57,748 bases of DNA from contig DASVRN010000308.1 in the NCBI GenBank assembly GCA_036388595.1, positions 1 to 57,748 of the forward strand, read 5' to 3'. Under the pieces are notes generated by a model. It searched no databases, was not told the DNA's origin, and saw nothing but the letters and a program-made list of their open reading frames with translations. The translations under genes and the position numbers were made by a program. This document shows, piece by piece, positions 8,679 through 17,356 of this stretch (within the stretch, counting starts at the first letter, position 1; every line of letters starts with the position of its first letter). This DNA is from Chloroflexia bacterium (GTDB taxonomy: Bacteria; Chloroflexota; Chloroflexia; QHBQ01; JADMIH01).

Positions 8679-11021
8679 ATGACGCGCGTCGTCAAGACCA
8701 AGATTGAGATAGAAGGCCGCGTCCACGAAGAAACGGTCGTGATGGAGCGGGAGGAGCCGGAGGCCTGGGAGGCGGGCCGCGAATTCACCCAGGTTGGCAA
8801 GTCCGCGAACCGCGTCGATGGGCGAGAACGGGTAACAGGCGCGGCGAGGTACACCTATGATGTGCACCCGGCCGGACTGCTGTACGCCGCTGTGCTTCGT
8901 TGCCCTCACCCTCACGCGCGGATAGTCTCACTGGACACGACAGCGGCCGAAAGTCTACCTGGCGTCCGCGCGGTGTTGTCGAAGCACAACGCCCCTGACA
9001 TCTCCTGGTACGCGGGTGCGAGTAAGCTGTTCGATGAGGAACTTCGCTTCGCGGGCGAAGAAGTGGCCGTGGTCGCGGCGGACGACCTCGACACCGCTCG
9101 CGACGCACTGAAGCTTATCAAGGTAGAGTACGAGGTGCTGCCAGCCGCGCTCGATGTGGACGAGGCCTCGTCGCCGGATGCGCCGGTGATTCACCCTAAG
9201 GGCAACGTGCTCCTGGATGACGACGGCAACCGGGGCGAGACCTACACCCGGGGCAACATCGAAAAAGGATTCAAGTCGGCGGATGTTGTGGTTGAAGGCA
9301 CGTACACTACGCCGACAGCCCTGCACAACTCCTTCGAGACGCATGGCTGCGTGGCCTCGTGGGAAGGCGATGAGATTACAATCTGGGAGTCGACGCAATA
9401 CATATTCGGAGTGCGGGGGCGGGTTGCCAGCGCGTTGAAGCTGCCGGTGAGCAGCGTGCGCGTGATCTCAGAGTACATGGGTGGCGGATTCGGCAGCAAG
9501 GGCCAGACCCTCAAGCACAGTGTCATAGCGCCGCTCCTGTCGCGGATGACGGGTAGACCCATCAAGTACATGCTCGACCGGCACGAAGAGAACTTGCTAT
9601 CGGGCAACCGGGGCGAAACGGTGCAGAAGCTGCGCGTGGGCGCTACCAAGAAGGGTAAGCTCGTAGCAATCGAGCTTGAGACCCTGTGCAACATCGGGGC
9701 TTATGGCACGTGGGCCGCCTCCGTCGCGGGTCCGGCCCAGGAGCTATATACCTGCGCGAACGTGCGCACCTACACCCTGGGCGTTCGCACGAACCTCGGC
9801 AGTCATGCGGCTTTCAGAGCGCCCGGACACGTCGAGGGCACCTTCGCCCTTGAGTCGGCCATAGACGAGCTGTGCAGGCAGCTGAGCATGGACCCGGTGG
9901 AGTTCCGCAAGAAGAACTATGCCGAAAGCGACCAGGTGTCGGGCAAAGCATACTCTTCCAAGTACTTGCTCGAGTCCTACGAAATGGCTTCCAGGCTGCA
10001 TGCCGAAGCTGGCGCGCCTTCTCTCGAAAACCTACCCGCCGGTAACTGGAAGGTCGGAACGGGCATGGGCAGCCAGGTATGGAGCGGGGGAGGGGGGCCG
10101 CCCGCCCACGCGCTGGTGCGCCTCAACTCGGACGGCACGATTGAGGTGATCTGCGGGACCCAGGACATCGGCACGGGCATCAAGACAGCCCTGAGCCAGG
10201 TCGCCGCGGAGGAGCTTGGGGTCCCGCTCGAGTCGGTGCGCTTCCGGCTGGGAGACACGCAGAAAGGGCCGTTCGGGCCGGCGAGTTGGGGCAGCATCAC
10301 GGTGCCATCTGTGGGGCCCGCCGTGCGAGTGGCGGCGGAAGACGCGAAACAGCAGTTACTTGATATAGCCTCGTATTTCTTTGAAGTGCCCGCCAAGCGG
10401 TTGCAGATCAAGGATGGCTACGTGACCGTCGAGGGGCGCGAAGAGGGCAGGCGCAGTATAGGTGACGTGCTGTCCGAAGTTGGTGACTACATGATTGTGG
10501 GCAAGGGCTTCCGAGGCCCCAACCCTGTAGAACCGCTCCGCACCTGGGGCGCACAGATCGCTGACGTGGCTGTGGATTTGGACACCGGACGCGTGCGAGT
10601 GCTACGTGTGGTGGCCGTGCACGACGTGGGGCGGGTGCTCAACCCGAAGGGACTCGCGAGCCAGTTCTACGGCGGTATCTTGCAAGGCATTGGTCTGACG
10701 CTCATGGAAGACCGCGTCGTCGACGAGCGCACGGGCCTTGTGGTCAACGCTAACTTGCAGGACTACAAAGTCCCTACGATGCCGGATGCTCCTGAGATGA
10801 TCGTTAGAGCCGTGGATATCCCCGATACGGCCGCGAACCACATTGGCTCCAAGGGAGCGGGCGAGCCGCCTATCATCCCTACGCCGGCGGCCATAGCCAA
10901 TGCCATCTACGATGCGGTGGGGGTGCGCGTGCGGGACCTGCCTGTCACGCCGAAGCGTCTGCTTGATACTTTGGCCGCACAACAGACCGAAGCGCGACAG
11001 CCACAAGAAAGCGGTTCCTGA
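8679..11021 (+). CDS. xanthine dehydrogenase / aldehyde oxidase-family molybdopterin-binding large subunit
   Basis: 780 aa with RVDGRERVTGAARYTYD at the N-terminus, plus AFRAPGH, QDIGTGIKT and GSKGAGEPP motifs. No CSFR-type CO-dehydrogenase loop was seen. Confidence 0.9.
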   Translation: MTRVVKTKIEIEGRVHEETVVMEREEPEAWEAGREFTQVGKSANRVDGRERVTGAARYTYDVHPAGLLYAAVLRCPHPHARIVSLDTTAAESLPGVRAVLSKHNAPDISWYAGASKLFDEELRFAGEEVAVVAADDLDTARDALKLIKVEYEVLPAALDVDEASSPDAPVIHPKGNVLLDDDGNRGETYTRGNIEKGFKSADVVVEGTYTTPTALHNSFETHGCVASWEGDEITIWESTQYIFGVRGRVASALKLPVSSVRVISEYMGGGFGSKGQTLKHSVIAPLLSRMTGRPIKYMLDRHEENLLSGNRGETVQKLRVGATKKGKLVAIELETLCNIGAYGTWAASVAGPAQELYTCANVRTYTLGVRTNLGSHAAFRAPGHVEGTFALESAIDELCRQLSMDPVEFRKKNYAESDQVSGKAYSSKYLLESYEMASRLHAEAGAPSLENLPAGNWKVGTGMGSQVWSGGGGPPAHALVRLNSDGTIEVICGTQDIGTGIKTALSQVAAEELGVPLESVRFRLGDTQKGPFGPASWGSITVPSVGPAVRVAAEDAKQQLLDIASYFFEVPAKRLQIKDGYVTVEGREEGRRSIGDVLSEVGDYMIVGKGFRGPNPVEPLRTWGAQIADVAVDLDTGRVRVLRVVAVHDVGRVLNPKGLASQFYGGILQGIGLTLMEDRVVDERTGLVVNANLQDYKVPTMPDAPEMIVRAVDIPDTAANHIGSKGAGEPPIIPTPAAIANAIYDAVGVRVRDLPVTPKRLLDTLAAQQTEARQPQESGS

Positions 11022-12001
11022 TGCGTAACTTCGACTACATAAGAGCTGAATCCGTAGACTTCGCGGTCGCGGCACTACAAGCCGGTGACACTACCTCCCT
11101 GCTGGCCGGAGGCACCGACCTGGTGCCCCTGATGAAGGACGAACTTGCGGCTCCGGGAACGGTAGTAGACATATCCGGCCTGAGCGCTCTGGACTACGTT
11201 GAGGAACGCGAAGGCAGGCTGCACATCGGCGCTTTGACGAGGCTGCGCGATCTCGCAACCCATCCTATCGTTTCAGACAGGTATTCAGCCCTGGCCGAGG
11301 CGTGCAAATTAGCGGCCACGCCGCAACTGCGCAACATGAGCACGATTGCGGGCAACCTCCTACAGCAGCCAAGGTGCTGGTACTACCGCGGCGAGCACAA
11401 CTGCTGGCTGAAGGGCGGCGAGGTCTGTTACGCGAGGCAGGGCGAGAACGAGCTACATGCTATCTTCTTGAACTCGCCGGGCGAGAGCCGATGTGTGAGC
11501 GTGCACCCCTCCGACCCGGCGGTTGCCCTCCTGTTGTTCGACACCGTTGTGCGATACCGGACAGCCGCAGGTGACTCTGAGGTCGCTCTACGGGACCTAT
11601 ATGATAGGCCAACGCCCGAACGCCGTAACAGTGTCGTCTTGCCTGCGGATGCTGTCATAACCGAGGTGGTGGTGGGGCCTACAGAGGCGGGGCGTTCGAC
11701 CTATTTGAAGGCGATGCCGCGCGCCAGCTGGGCCTTTGCACTGGTCTCCGTCGGCCTATATGTGCGTATTGATGATGGTCGAATTGCGGAGGCGAAAGTG
11801 GGCCTGGGTGGGGTCGCCCCGGTGCCCCTGCGGTCGGCTGACGTTGAAGCCTTGGTGGTCGGGCAGGTGCCGGGGGCGGTAGACGCCGAGCAGCTAGCTG
11901 ATACCCTGGTTGCCGGGGCAGCGCCACTATCCAAGAACGGCTATAAGGTGCCGCTGCTCAGGGGCCTCTTCAAGCAGGCGCTGGCGGCGGTCATCAGTTA
12001 G
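11021..12001 (+). CDS. xanthine dehydrogenase-family FAD-binding subunit
   Basis: LLAGGTDLVPLMKD FAD-binding motif and CoxM/CutM-like length. Its ATG overlaps the TGA of the large subunit (TGATG). Confidence 0.9.
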   Translation: MRNFDYIRAESVDFAVAALQAGDTTSLLAGGTDLVPLMKDELAAPGTVVDISGLSALDYVEEREGRLHIGALTRLRDLATHPIVSDRYSALAEACKLAATPQLRNMSTIAGNLLQQPRCWYYRGEHNCWLKGGEVCYARQGENELHAIFLNSPGESRCVSVHPSDPAVALLLFDTVVRYRTAAGDSEVALRDLYDRPTPERRNSVVLPADAVITEVVVGPTEAGRSTYLKAMPRASWAFALVSVGLYVRIDDGRIAEAKVGLGGVAPVPLRSADVEALVVGQVPGAVDAEQLADTLVAGAAPLSKNGYKVPLLRGLFKQALAAVIS

Positions 12002-12030
12002 GGTTACGGTAGGATTAGGGCGGTTAAGCG

Positions 12031-12059
12031 AGAGCGGGGTACCATCCCCGCTCTTTTTG
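12031..12059 (+). terminator. Rho-independent terminator after the molybdoenzyme operon
   Basis: AGAGCGGGG (12031-12039) pairs with CCCCGCTCT (12046-12054) across a 6-nt loop, followed by TTTTT. Confidence 0.75.
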
Positions 12060-12181
12060 TTTGTGCAACAAGTCCGAACAGTAGGCTTAAAGGCTGATGC
12101 AGAGCTTAGAAGATTCTCGGTACAATATATTTTGCAGGGACAGTCTGTCTTCCACGGCTGAAGGAGGGCAGACACCTTTGC

Positions 12182-12601
12182 TTGTGGGAGAATGCAATGC
12201 TTGATTTGTTAGTGAACGTACATAGCATCTTCAGGTGGGTGGTCTTGCTAATGGCAGTGCTTGCAATTGCGGCGGCCGTGATGTCAGCTACGGGCGCTCG
12301 CCGTTGGGGTGTCCTGGGCGATAAGTCGAGCATCTACTTCACGATCGCTATGGATATTCAGCTCCTCATCGGTGCGCTCGTGTGGGTGCTGGAACGTCGT
12401 TGGGAGGGAGACGCCGCCCTGGGGTGGTTCCACCCGCTGGCGATGCTGGGTGCCGTGGCTCTCGCGCACATAGGACGCGCCAGAGCGGACCGGGACCGTA
12501 ACGCCACCTCCAGCGAGAAGGGTAGGCAGGCCGCCCTGTTCTTCGTCGCGAGCCTTGTAGTAGTCCTCATAGCCATACCGTTCGCATCCTGGCCCGTGTA
12601 G
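12182..12601 (+). CDS. small integral membrane protein (4 predicted hydrophobic segments), unknown function
   Basis: Hydrophobic stretches such as FRWVVLLMAVLAIAAAVM and ALFFVASLVVVLIAIPF. Its stop lies 1 nt before the kinase ATG. The start is uncertain (TTG 12182 or ATG 12197); AAGGAGG at 12161-12167. Confidence 0.6.
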   Translation: MWENAMLDLLVNVHSIFRWVVLLMAVLAIAAAVMSATGARRWGVLGDKSSIYFTIAMDIQLLIGALVWVLERRWEGDAALGWFHPLAMLGAVALAHIGRARADRDRNATSSEKGRQAALFFVASLVVVLIAIPFASWPV

Positions 12602-12602
12602 C

Positions 12603-15600
12603 ATGCAGGAAACCAGCAGCGCGCAAATGAATACCGAATTGGTGGCTGATAACCCGGGGCCGGGCGCGCAGCGGCGTTCCTTCTTACGCACGTTGCGCGG
12701 GCAGTTGATCCTGCGTACCTTGCTGCCGCTTATGCTGCTCGTGGTTGCGTTCGCGATGGTCGGCCAGGTCGGCTACACCCAGGTCAGCGAGTCCCTCGCC
12801 AAGAGCCGCGATGCCGACCTGGCGGGGCTGGAGGCGCAGCGAGTGGGCGACCACCTGTCACTGGCTGTGCAGACGCTACAGCAGCTTGCAGCTTCCGCTG
12901 TGCTGCTAAACAGCGACGAAGCGCAGGTCTTCTACGAGCTGAAGAAGGAATCGATCATTCGGCAGTTCGACATGGTGCAGGTAACGGACGCCGACGGTAA
13001 GCTAAAAGCTTCCAACCTGGCTGCCAGCGCGGGCGACGTACTGAACAAGCAGGCCTTTGAGAGTCTGCGCGAGGGTATTGGCCCCGCGATGGTGATTGTG
13101 CCAATCACGATGCAGGACGGCAGGTCCGCGCTCGTGGTCTCCATACCGTACATTGACACCAGGGGCGGCTTCGGGGGCATGGTCGAAGGCGTGATTTACT
13201 ACGGCAGCCCCAAGCTCGGCCGGCCGTTCGGCATCCAGAGCGTCGATGACCTGGAAAAGGGCGTACGGCACAGCGTCTCATATCTTGTAGCCTCTGACGG
13301 CCGCATACTGTGGCACCCGGACCAGGAGCTTGTAGGCACGGTGCTGCCCCCCGTCACCCTCGACGGGCTGTACACAAACGAGCCGAGCGCCATAATCACT
13401 TCCTTCAACGGCGAACAGAGCATCATCGGCTACGCGCCGCTCAACCTGGCTCTGCTTTTCCCCCGCGCCAGCCTCGATACGAACTGGCTGCGCTGGTACG
13501 TAGTCACCCAGGAGCGGTGGGCCGACATAGTTGCTCCTCTCAATTCGCTGCTGTCCGGCCTGCTGGTATTGGCGCTGGTGACCATGATACTGGCGGTGTT
13601 GCTGGTGACCCGGAGCGCCGGGGCGCTGACGAGGCCCGTGGCTAAGCTGGTTGCGGCCTCCCAGGCGCTGAGCGCGGGCAGGTTGCGGCACCGGCTACAG
13701 GTGAGCGGCCCCATTGAGATCGAAGAGTTGGCCCGCCAGTTCAACTCGATGGCGCGTCAGCTTCAAGCATCGTACACCGAGCTTGAAGGCAAGGTTGCCG
13801 AGCGCACGGGGGAGTTGGCTTCCGCGAACGCCGAGTTGCAGCGCAGGCTGGCGGAAAGCGTCACCATGCAGCGTGTGACCACGGACCTGGCGGGCACAGC
13901 GGGGCTGGCAGATATTCTCCAGACCATAGCCGTCTCCGTAAGTGAGATGCTCGGCACCGAGTCGTGCCTCGTGTTCTTACCCAACGACAATCACCCCGGC
14001 CAGCTAGAGGCGGCGATTGAGTGGAACGTGCCTGCACTCAGGAGTTCCGACCGGGTACCTATAGACCAATCTCTGTCGGGGTTGGCCTACACTACCGGCC
14101 AGGTGCAGATTAGCAACAAGGCGGCGTCCGACGACCGGGTGAACCATACCTTGCGCGAGGAAATGGGAGCGCATTCCGTGCTGGCCGCTCCGATGATATC
14201 GCGTGGGCACACAATTGGCGTGGTTACCGCCGTGAACAAGCGTCAGGGTGACTTTTCCCAGGACGACCTCCGCCTGATGTCGGTGCTGGCGAACCAGGCG
14301 GCTGTCGCGGTCGAGCGGGCGAGGCTGTACTCGCGCACGCAGCAACAACTTATGACCCTGACAACCATCAACGAGCTTTCATTCTCGGTCACCCTGAGCC
14401 GCAGCCTGGAAGAGACGCTAGTGAACGGCATGGAGCACATCGGCAAGCTCATGGGGGCCTCCAGCGCCCTGGTCTTCCTGTACGATCAGAAGACGAACAC
14501 GCTCAACTACACGGCGCACTACAATATGACGCCAGAACACCTGCGCCTGGTAGTGGAGGGCAACCCGCACGTGCCGGTAGGGACGCGCCCCGACCATAAG
14601 ATTGCCTTTCAGGAGGCATTCGTAACGCAGCAGCCTTGCTTCATCGAGGATACGCACGAACCCGGATACCTTGCCGAATGGTGGCAAATGGCCTCCCACG
14701 AGCTAGGAGACGACGTACTGGTGCGGGAGGTTACGGACCAGGTTGGCGCCCTCATCGCCCTGCCGTTGAGCGTGCGCGACACCCGCCTTGGCACGATGAC
14801 CGTATACTTCGCGGACCCGCGTCGTTTCTCGCCGCAAGAGCTACAGCTATTCTCAAGCTTCGCCAAGATTCTCGCCCTGGCGGTGTACAATACGCAACTG
14901 CTGGCGCAGTCGAACAAACTGGCTACTGTGGAGGAGCGGGCACGGCTCGCCCGCGAGTTGCACGACTCGGTCACCCAGTCGCTTTTCAGCCTCAACCTGA
15001 CGCTGAGAGCCGCAAGGAGAGTGCTCACCAGCGACGGCGAACAGGCCCTGAGCCTGATGGACAACGTGCAGGAGCTTGCTCAGGGTTCGCTTGCCGAGAT
15101 GCGGGCGCTCATTTTTGAGTTGCGCCCCCAGGCACTTCAAAATGAGGGGCTGGCCTCCGCCCTGCAAAAGCACGCCGACGCGGTAAGGGCTAGAAACGGG
15201 CTGGTGGTGCATCTTGACCTGGCGGGCGACCGCCGCCTGCCTATCGAGCACGAAGAAGCCCTCTACCAGATAGCCCGCGAGGCGCTACATAACGTCGTCA
15301 AGCATGCACACGCTAGCGAAGCCTGGGTCTGCCTGGATACGAGCAGCGATCACGTTACCCTCTCAATCCGGGACAACGGGCGAGGCTTCGAGACTGCAAA
15401 TCTGGTTGCAGGCGGGGGCAGCCATATTGGGACCAGCACGATGAGAGAACGCGCGCAGGCCATCGGTGGCACTATCAGCATTGACAGCAAGCCAGGTGAA
15501 GGCACTGAGGTGCTGATAAGCGTGGACATTGACCCGGTCGATCCAGCCGTTGTACCGCAGACCAGGGGTCTGACGGCAAACGTAGGAACAACCGGCGCTG

Positions 15601-15635
15601 CAACCGGGCGTGCATTAAACACGACAAATGTTTAG
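12603..15635 (+). CDS. sensor histidine kinase (extracytoplasmic sensor, HAMP, 2x GAF, HisKA_3, HATPase_c)
   Basis: Two hydrophobic segments flank a sensor region of roughly 280 aa. Two GAF-like regions. H-box ARELHDSVTQSLFSL. ATPase boxes HNVVKHA, DNGRGF and GGTISIDSKPGEGT. Confidence 0.9.
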   Translation: MQETSSAQMNTELVADNPGPGAQRRSFLRTLRGQLILRTLLPLMLLVVAFAMVGQVGYTQVSESLAKSRDADLAGLEAQRVGDHLSLAVQTLQQLAASAVLLNSDEAQVFYELKKESIIRQFDMVQVTDADGKLKASNLAASAGDVLNKQAFESLREGIGPAMVIVPITMQDGRSALVVSIPYIDTRGGFGGMVEGVIYYGSPKLGRPFGIQSVDDLEKGVRHSVSYLVASDGRILWHPDQELVGTVLPPVTLDGLYTNEPSAIITSFNGEQSIIGYAPLNLALLFPRASLDTNWLRWYVVTQERWADIVAPLNSLLSGLLVLALVTMILAVLLVTRSAGALTRPVAKLVAASQALSAGRLRHRLQVSGPIEIEELARQFNSMARQLQASYTELEGKVAERTGELASANAELQRRLAESVTMQRVTTDLAGTAGLADILQTIAVSVSEMLGTESCLVFLPNDNHPGQLEAAIEWNVPALRSSDRVPIDQSLSGLAYTTGQVQISNKAASDDRVNHTLREEMGAHSVLAAPMISRGHTIGVVTAVNKRQGDFSQDDLRLMSVLANQAAVAVERARLYSRTQQQLMTLTTINELSFSVTLSRSLEETLVNGMEHIGKLMGASSALVFLYDQKTNTLNYTAHYNMTPEHLRLVVEGNPHVPVGTRPDHKIAFQEAFVTQQPCFIEDTHEPGYLAEWWQMASHELGDDVLVREVTDQVGALIALPLSVRDTRLGTMTVYFADPRRFSPQELQLFSSFAKILALAVYNTQLLAQSNKLATVEERARLARELHDSVTQSLFSLNLTLRAARRVLTSDGEQALSLMDNVQELAQGSLAEMRALIFELRPQALQNEGLASALQKHADAVRARNGLVVHLDLAGDRRLPIEHEEALYQIAREALHNVVKHAHASEAWVCLDTSSDHVTLSIRDNGRGFETANLVAGGGSHIGTSTMRERAQAIGGTISIDSKPGEGTEVLISVDIDPVDPAVVPQTRGLTANVGTTGAATGRALNTTNV

Positions 15636-15652
15636 ACTAGCGTATTAGACGA

Positions 15653-16348
15653 ATGGCTTTTCGTGGAGGGAGTAACAGAGTGGACGAAGTTATCAGAGTG
15701 ATGTTGGTGGACGACCATGCGGTGGTGCGGCAGGGGCTGAAAGCGTTCCTCGCCACCGAAGAGGGCATTGAGGTCGTGGGTGAGGCGTCGAACGGGAAAG
15801 AGGCGGTGGCCCTGGCGGCACAGCTACACCCGGACGTCGTGTTGATGGACCTGGTCATGCCTGAGCTGGACGGCATCGGCGCGACCGAGGCGATCAAGCT
15901 AGGCTCATCCGACATAGACGTTATCGCCATGACCTCGTTCATCGAGGACGAGAAGGTGTTCGGGGCGATGCGTGCCGGTGCCACAGGCTACGTGCTAAAG
16001 GATGCCGACCCCGACGAGGTGGTGCATGCCATCAGGAGCGCGGTACTGGGTGAGGTGCACCTCGATCCCCGTGTGGCGCGTCGGCTGATGGAGGAGCTAA
16101 ATCCCAACCGGCCGAGGCATGTAACCGTGCAGGAGGCGCTCAGCGAACGAGAAGTTGAGGTGCTGAAGCTCGTCGCGAGGGGCTTTAGCAACCAACGCAT
16201 CGCTGACGAGCTTATCATCAGCCCCAAGACGGCCAAGACCCACGTGAGCAACATTCTCAGCAAGTTGGGGCTTGCCAGCCGTACCCAGGCCGCCGTGTTC
16301 GCGCTGAAGGAGAAGCTCGTGACGGCAGCGGAGGCGAGTTTTAGCTAG
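15653..16348 (+). CDS. NarL/LuxR-family response regulator
   Basis: REC domain (IRVMLVDDHAVVRQGL, VLMDLVMPELDG) and LuxR HTH (LSEREVEVLKLVARGFSNQRIADELIISPKTAKTHVSNIL). Alternative start at GTG 15680, downstream of GGAGGG. Confidence 0.9.
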   Translation: MAFRGGSNRVDEVIRVMLVDDHAVVRQGLKAFLATEEGIEVVGEASNGKEAVALAAQLHPDVVLMDLVMPELDGIGATEAIKLGSSDIDVIAMTSFIEDEKVFGAMRAGATGYVLKDADPDEVVHAIRSAVLGEVHLDPRVARRLMEELNPNRPRHVTVQEALSEREVEVLKLVARGFSNQRIADELIISPKTAKTHVSNILSKLGLASRTQAAVFALKEKLVTAAEASFS

Positions 16349-16397
16349 AGACGATAGACGGCGGACGATAGACGCTGGACGATGAGAAGTAGATGCT
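16349..16397. repeat. degenerate heptamer tandem array (consensus RGACGNT, 7 units) related to the 6725-6886 arrays
   Basis: AGACGAT AGACGGC GGACGAT AGACGCT GGACGAT GAGAAGT AGATGCT, starting 1 nt after the TAG stop of the response regulator. Lies between convergent genes. Confidence 0.65.
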
Positions 16398-16406
16398 CCG
16401 CCGTCG

Positions 16407-17087
16407 TCAGCCGGACTTTGCCTGTTCGCCGATTTTCCGCTCGGTGCCTTTGGCGAGGCGTTCGATGTTGTCCCGGTGGGCGAGGATTATGAAGACGCAA
16501 ATGGAGATGAATAGTAGCGACAGCGCGTCCATTGAGCCGAGCATGACCAGGAGGAAAATCGCAACGCCTGCGGCGGCGGTCCCGAGGATTGAGCCGAGGG
16601 AAACGTAGCGAGAGATGAGGATGGTCGGTATTCCGACGCCTAGCGCGGCCAGCACGATGAGTGGGTTGACTACCAGGGCCGCGCCCATAGCTGTTGCCAC
16701 GCCACGGCCGCCGCGCCACCTGCCCTGTAGCACGCGCAAGTAGATCGACCAGACGTGCCCCGCTACGGCTGCGAGGGCTGCCAGCAGGCTTGCCAGGGTA
16801 ACTACCTGCACCTGGAAGCCCAACATCTCAATGCGGCCGGGTGACTCCACGAAAGCGCCGATTAGCAGCCTCCCGACAAGCACCGCCAGGCTCCCCTTCA
16901 GGAAGTCTCCGACCAGCACGAGAGCGGCCGCTCGCCTGCCGACGGTGCGAAGCACGTTCGTTGTGCCCATCTTGCCGCTGCCGTGCGAATGAATGTCCAC
17001 CTTGTTTGCATCGGCCACCAGCACGCCCATCGGTATGCCGCCTATAAGGTATGCGGCTACGACAATCAGGGCGAGGTAAAACAGCAT
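16407..17087 (-). CDS. plsY: glycerol-3-phosphate acyltransferase PlsY
   Basis: MLFYLALIVVAAYLIGGIPMG... and HGSGKMGTTNVLR (PlsY GSGNxGATN-type motif) in a multi-TM protein. ATG at 17087 with a GGGAGG RBS. The track ORF extension to 17279 is unsupported. Confidence 0.9.
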   Translation of the reverse strand: MLFYLALIVVAAYLIGGIPMGVLVADANKVDIHSHGSGKMGTTNVLRTVGRRAAALVLVGDFLKGSLAVLVGRLLIGAFVESPGRIEMLGFQVQVVTLASLLAALAAVAGHVWSIYLRVLQGRWRGGRGVATAMGAALVVNPLIVLAALGVGIPTILISRYVSLGSILGTAAAGVAIFLLVMLGSMDALSLLFISICVFIILAHRDNIERLAKGTERKIGEQAKSG

Positions 17088-17299
17088 CTCTGCCTCCCTG
17101 CCAAATGATAATATAAAGTGCCAGGCAACATGCCGTAGTGTACAACGCTCCTGAGAAGTTCGCCACCCTGTAGAGTGGGCAACACTTTCCCTAGTATATG
17201 TGCGGGGTGCAAGACCCGTGCCCCGTATAGGTCTGTAGAAGTAGGGTGGATGGGTGCTGCGCCTGATGCCTACCGCCACATTACCTGCTAGTATATGGG

Positions 17300-17327
17300 A
17301 AAGGCAGGTAGGACGAAACCTGCCTTT
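17300..17327 (+). promoter_or_regulatory. leader hairpin upstream of the ABC-2 exporter operon (possible attenuator)
   Basis: AAAGGCAGGT (17300-17309) pairs with ACCTGCCTTT (17318-17327) across an 8-nt loop. TACCTGC (17282-17288) could pair with GCAGGTA (17304-17310) instead. Confidence 0.3.
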
Positions 17328-17356
17328 AGTGCCGTTTAGAGGAGCGAGATAGAGCC

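Noticed and set aside
8679-11021. Calling the molybdoenzyme an aerobic CO dehydrogenase (coxSLM)
   Set aside because: The large subunit lacks the CSFR-type active-site loop (it has AFRAPGH). No cox accessory genes are nearby. Only the generic xanthine-dehydrogenase-family call is supported.
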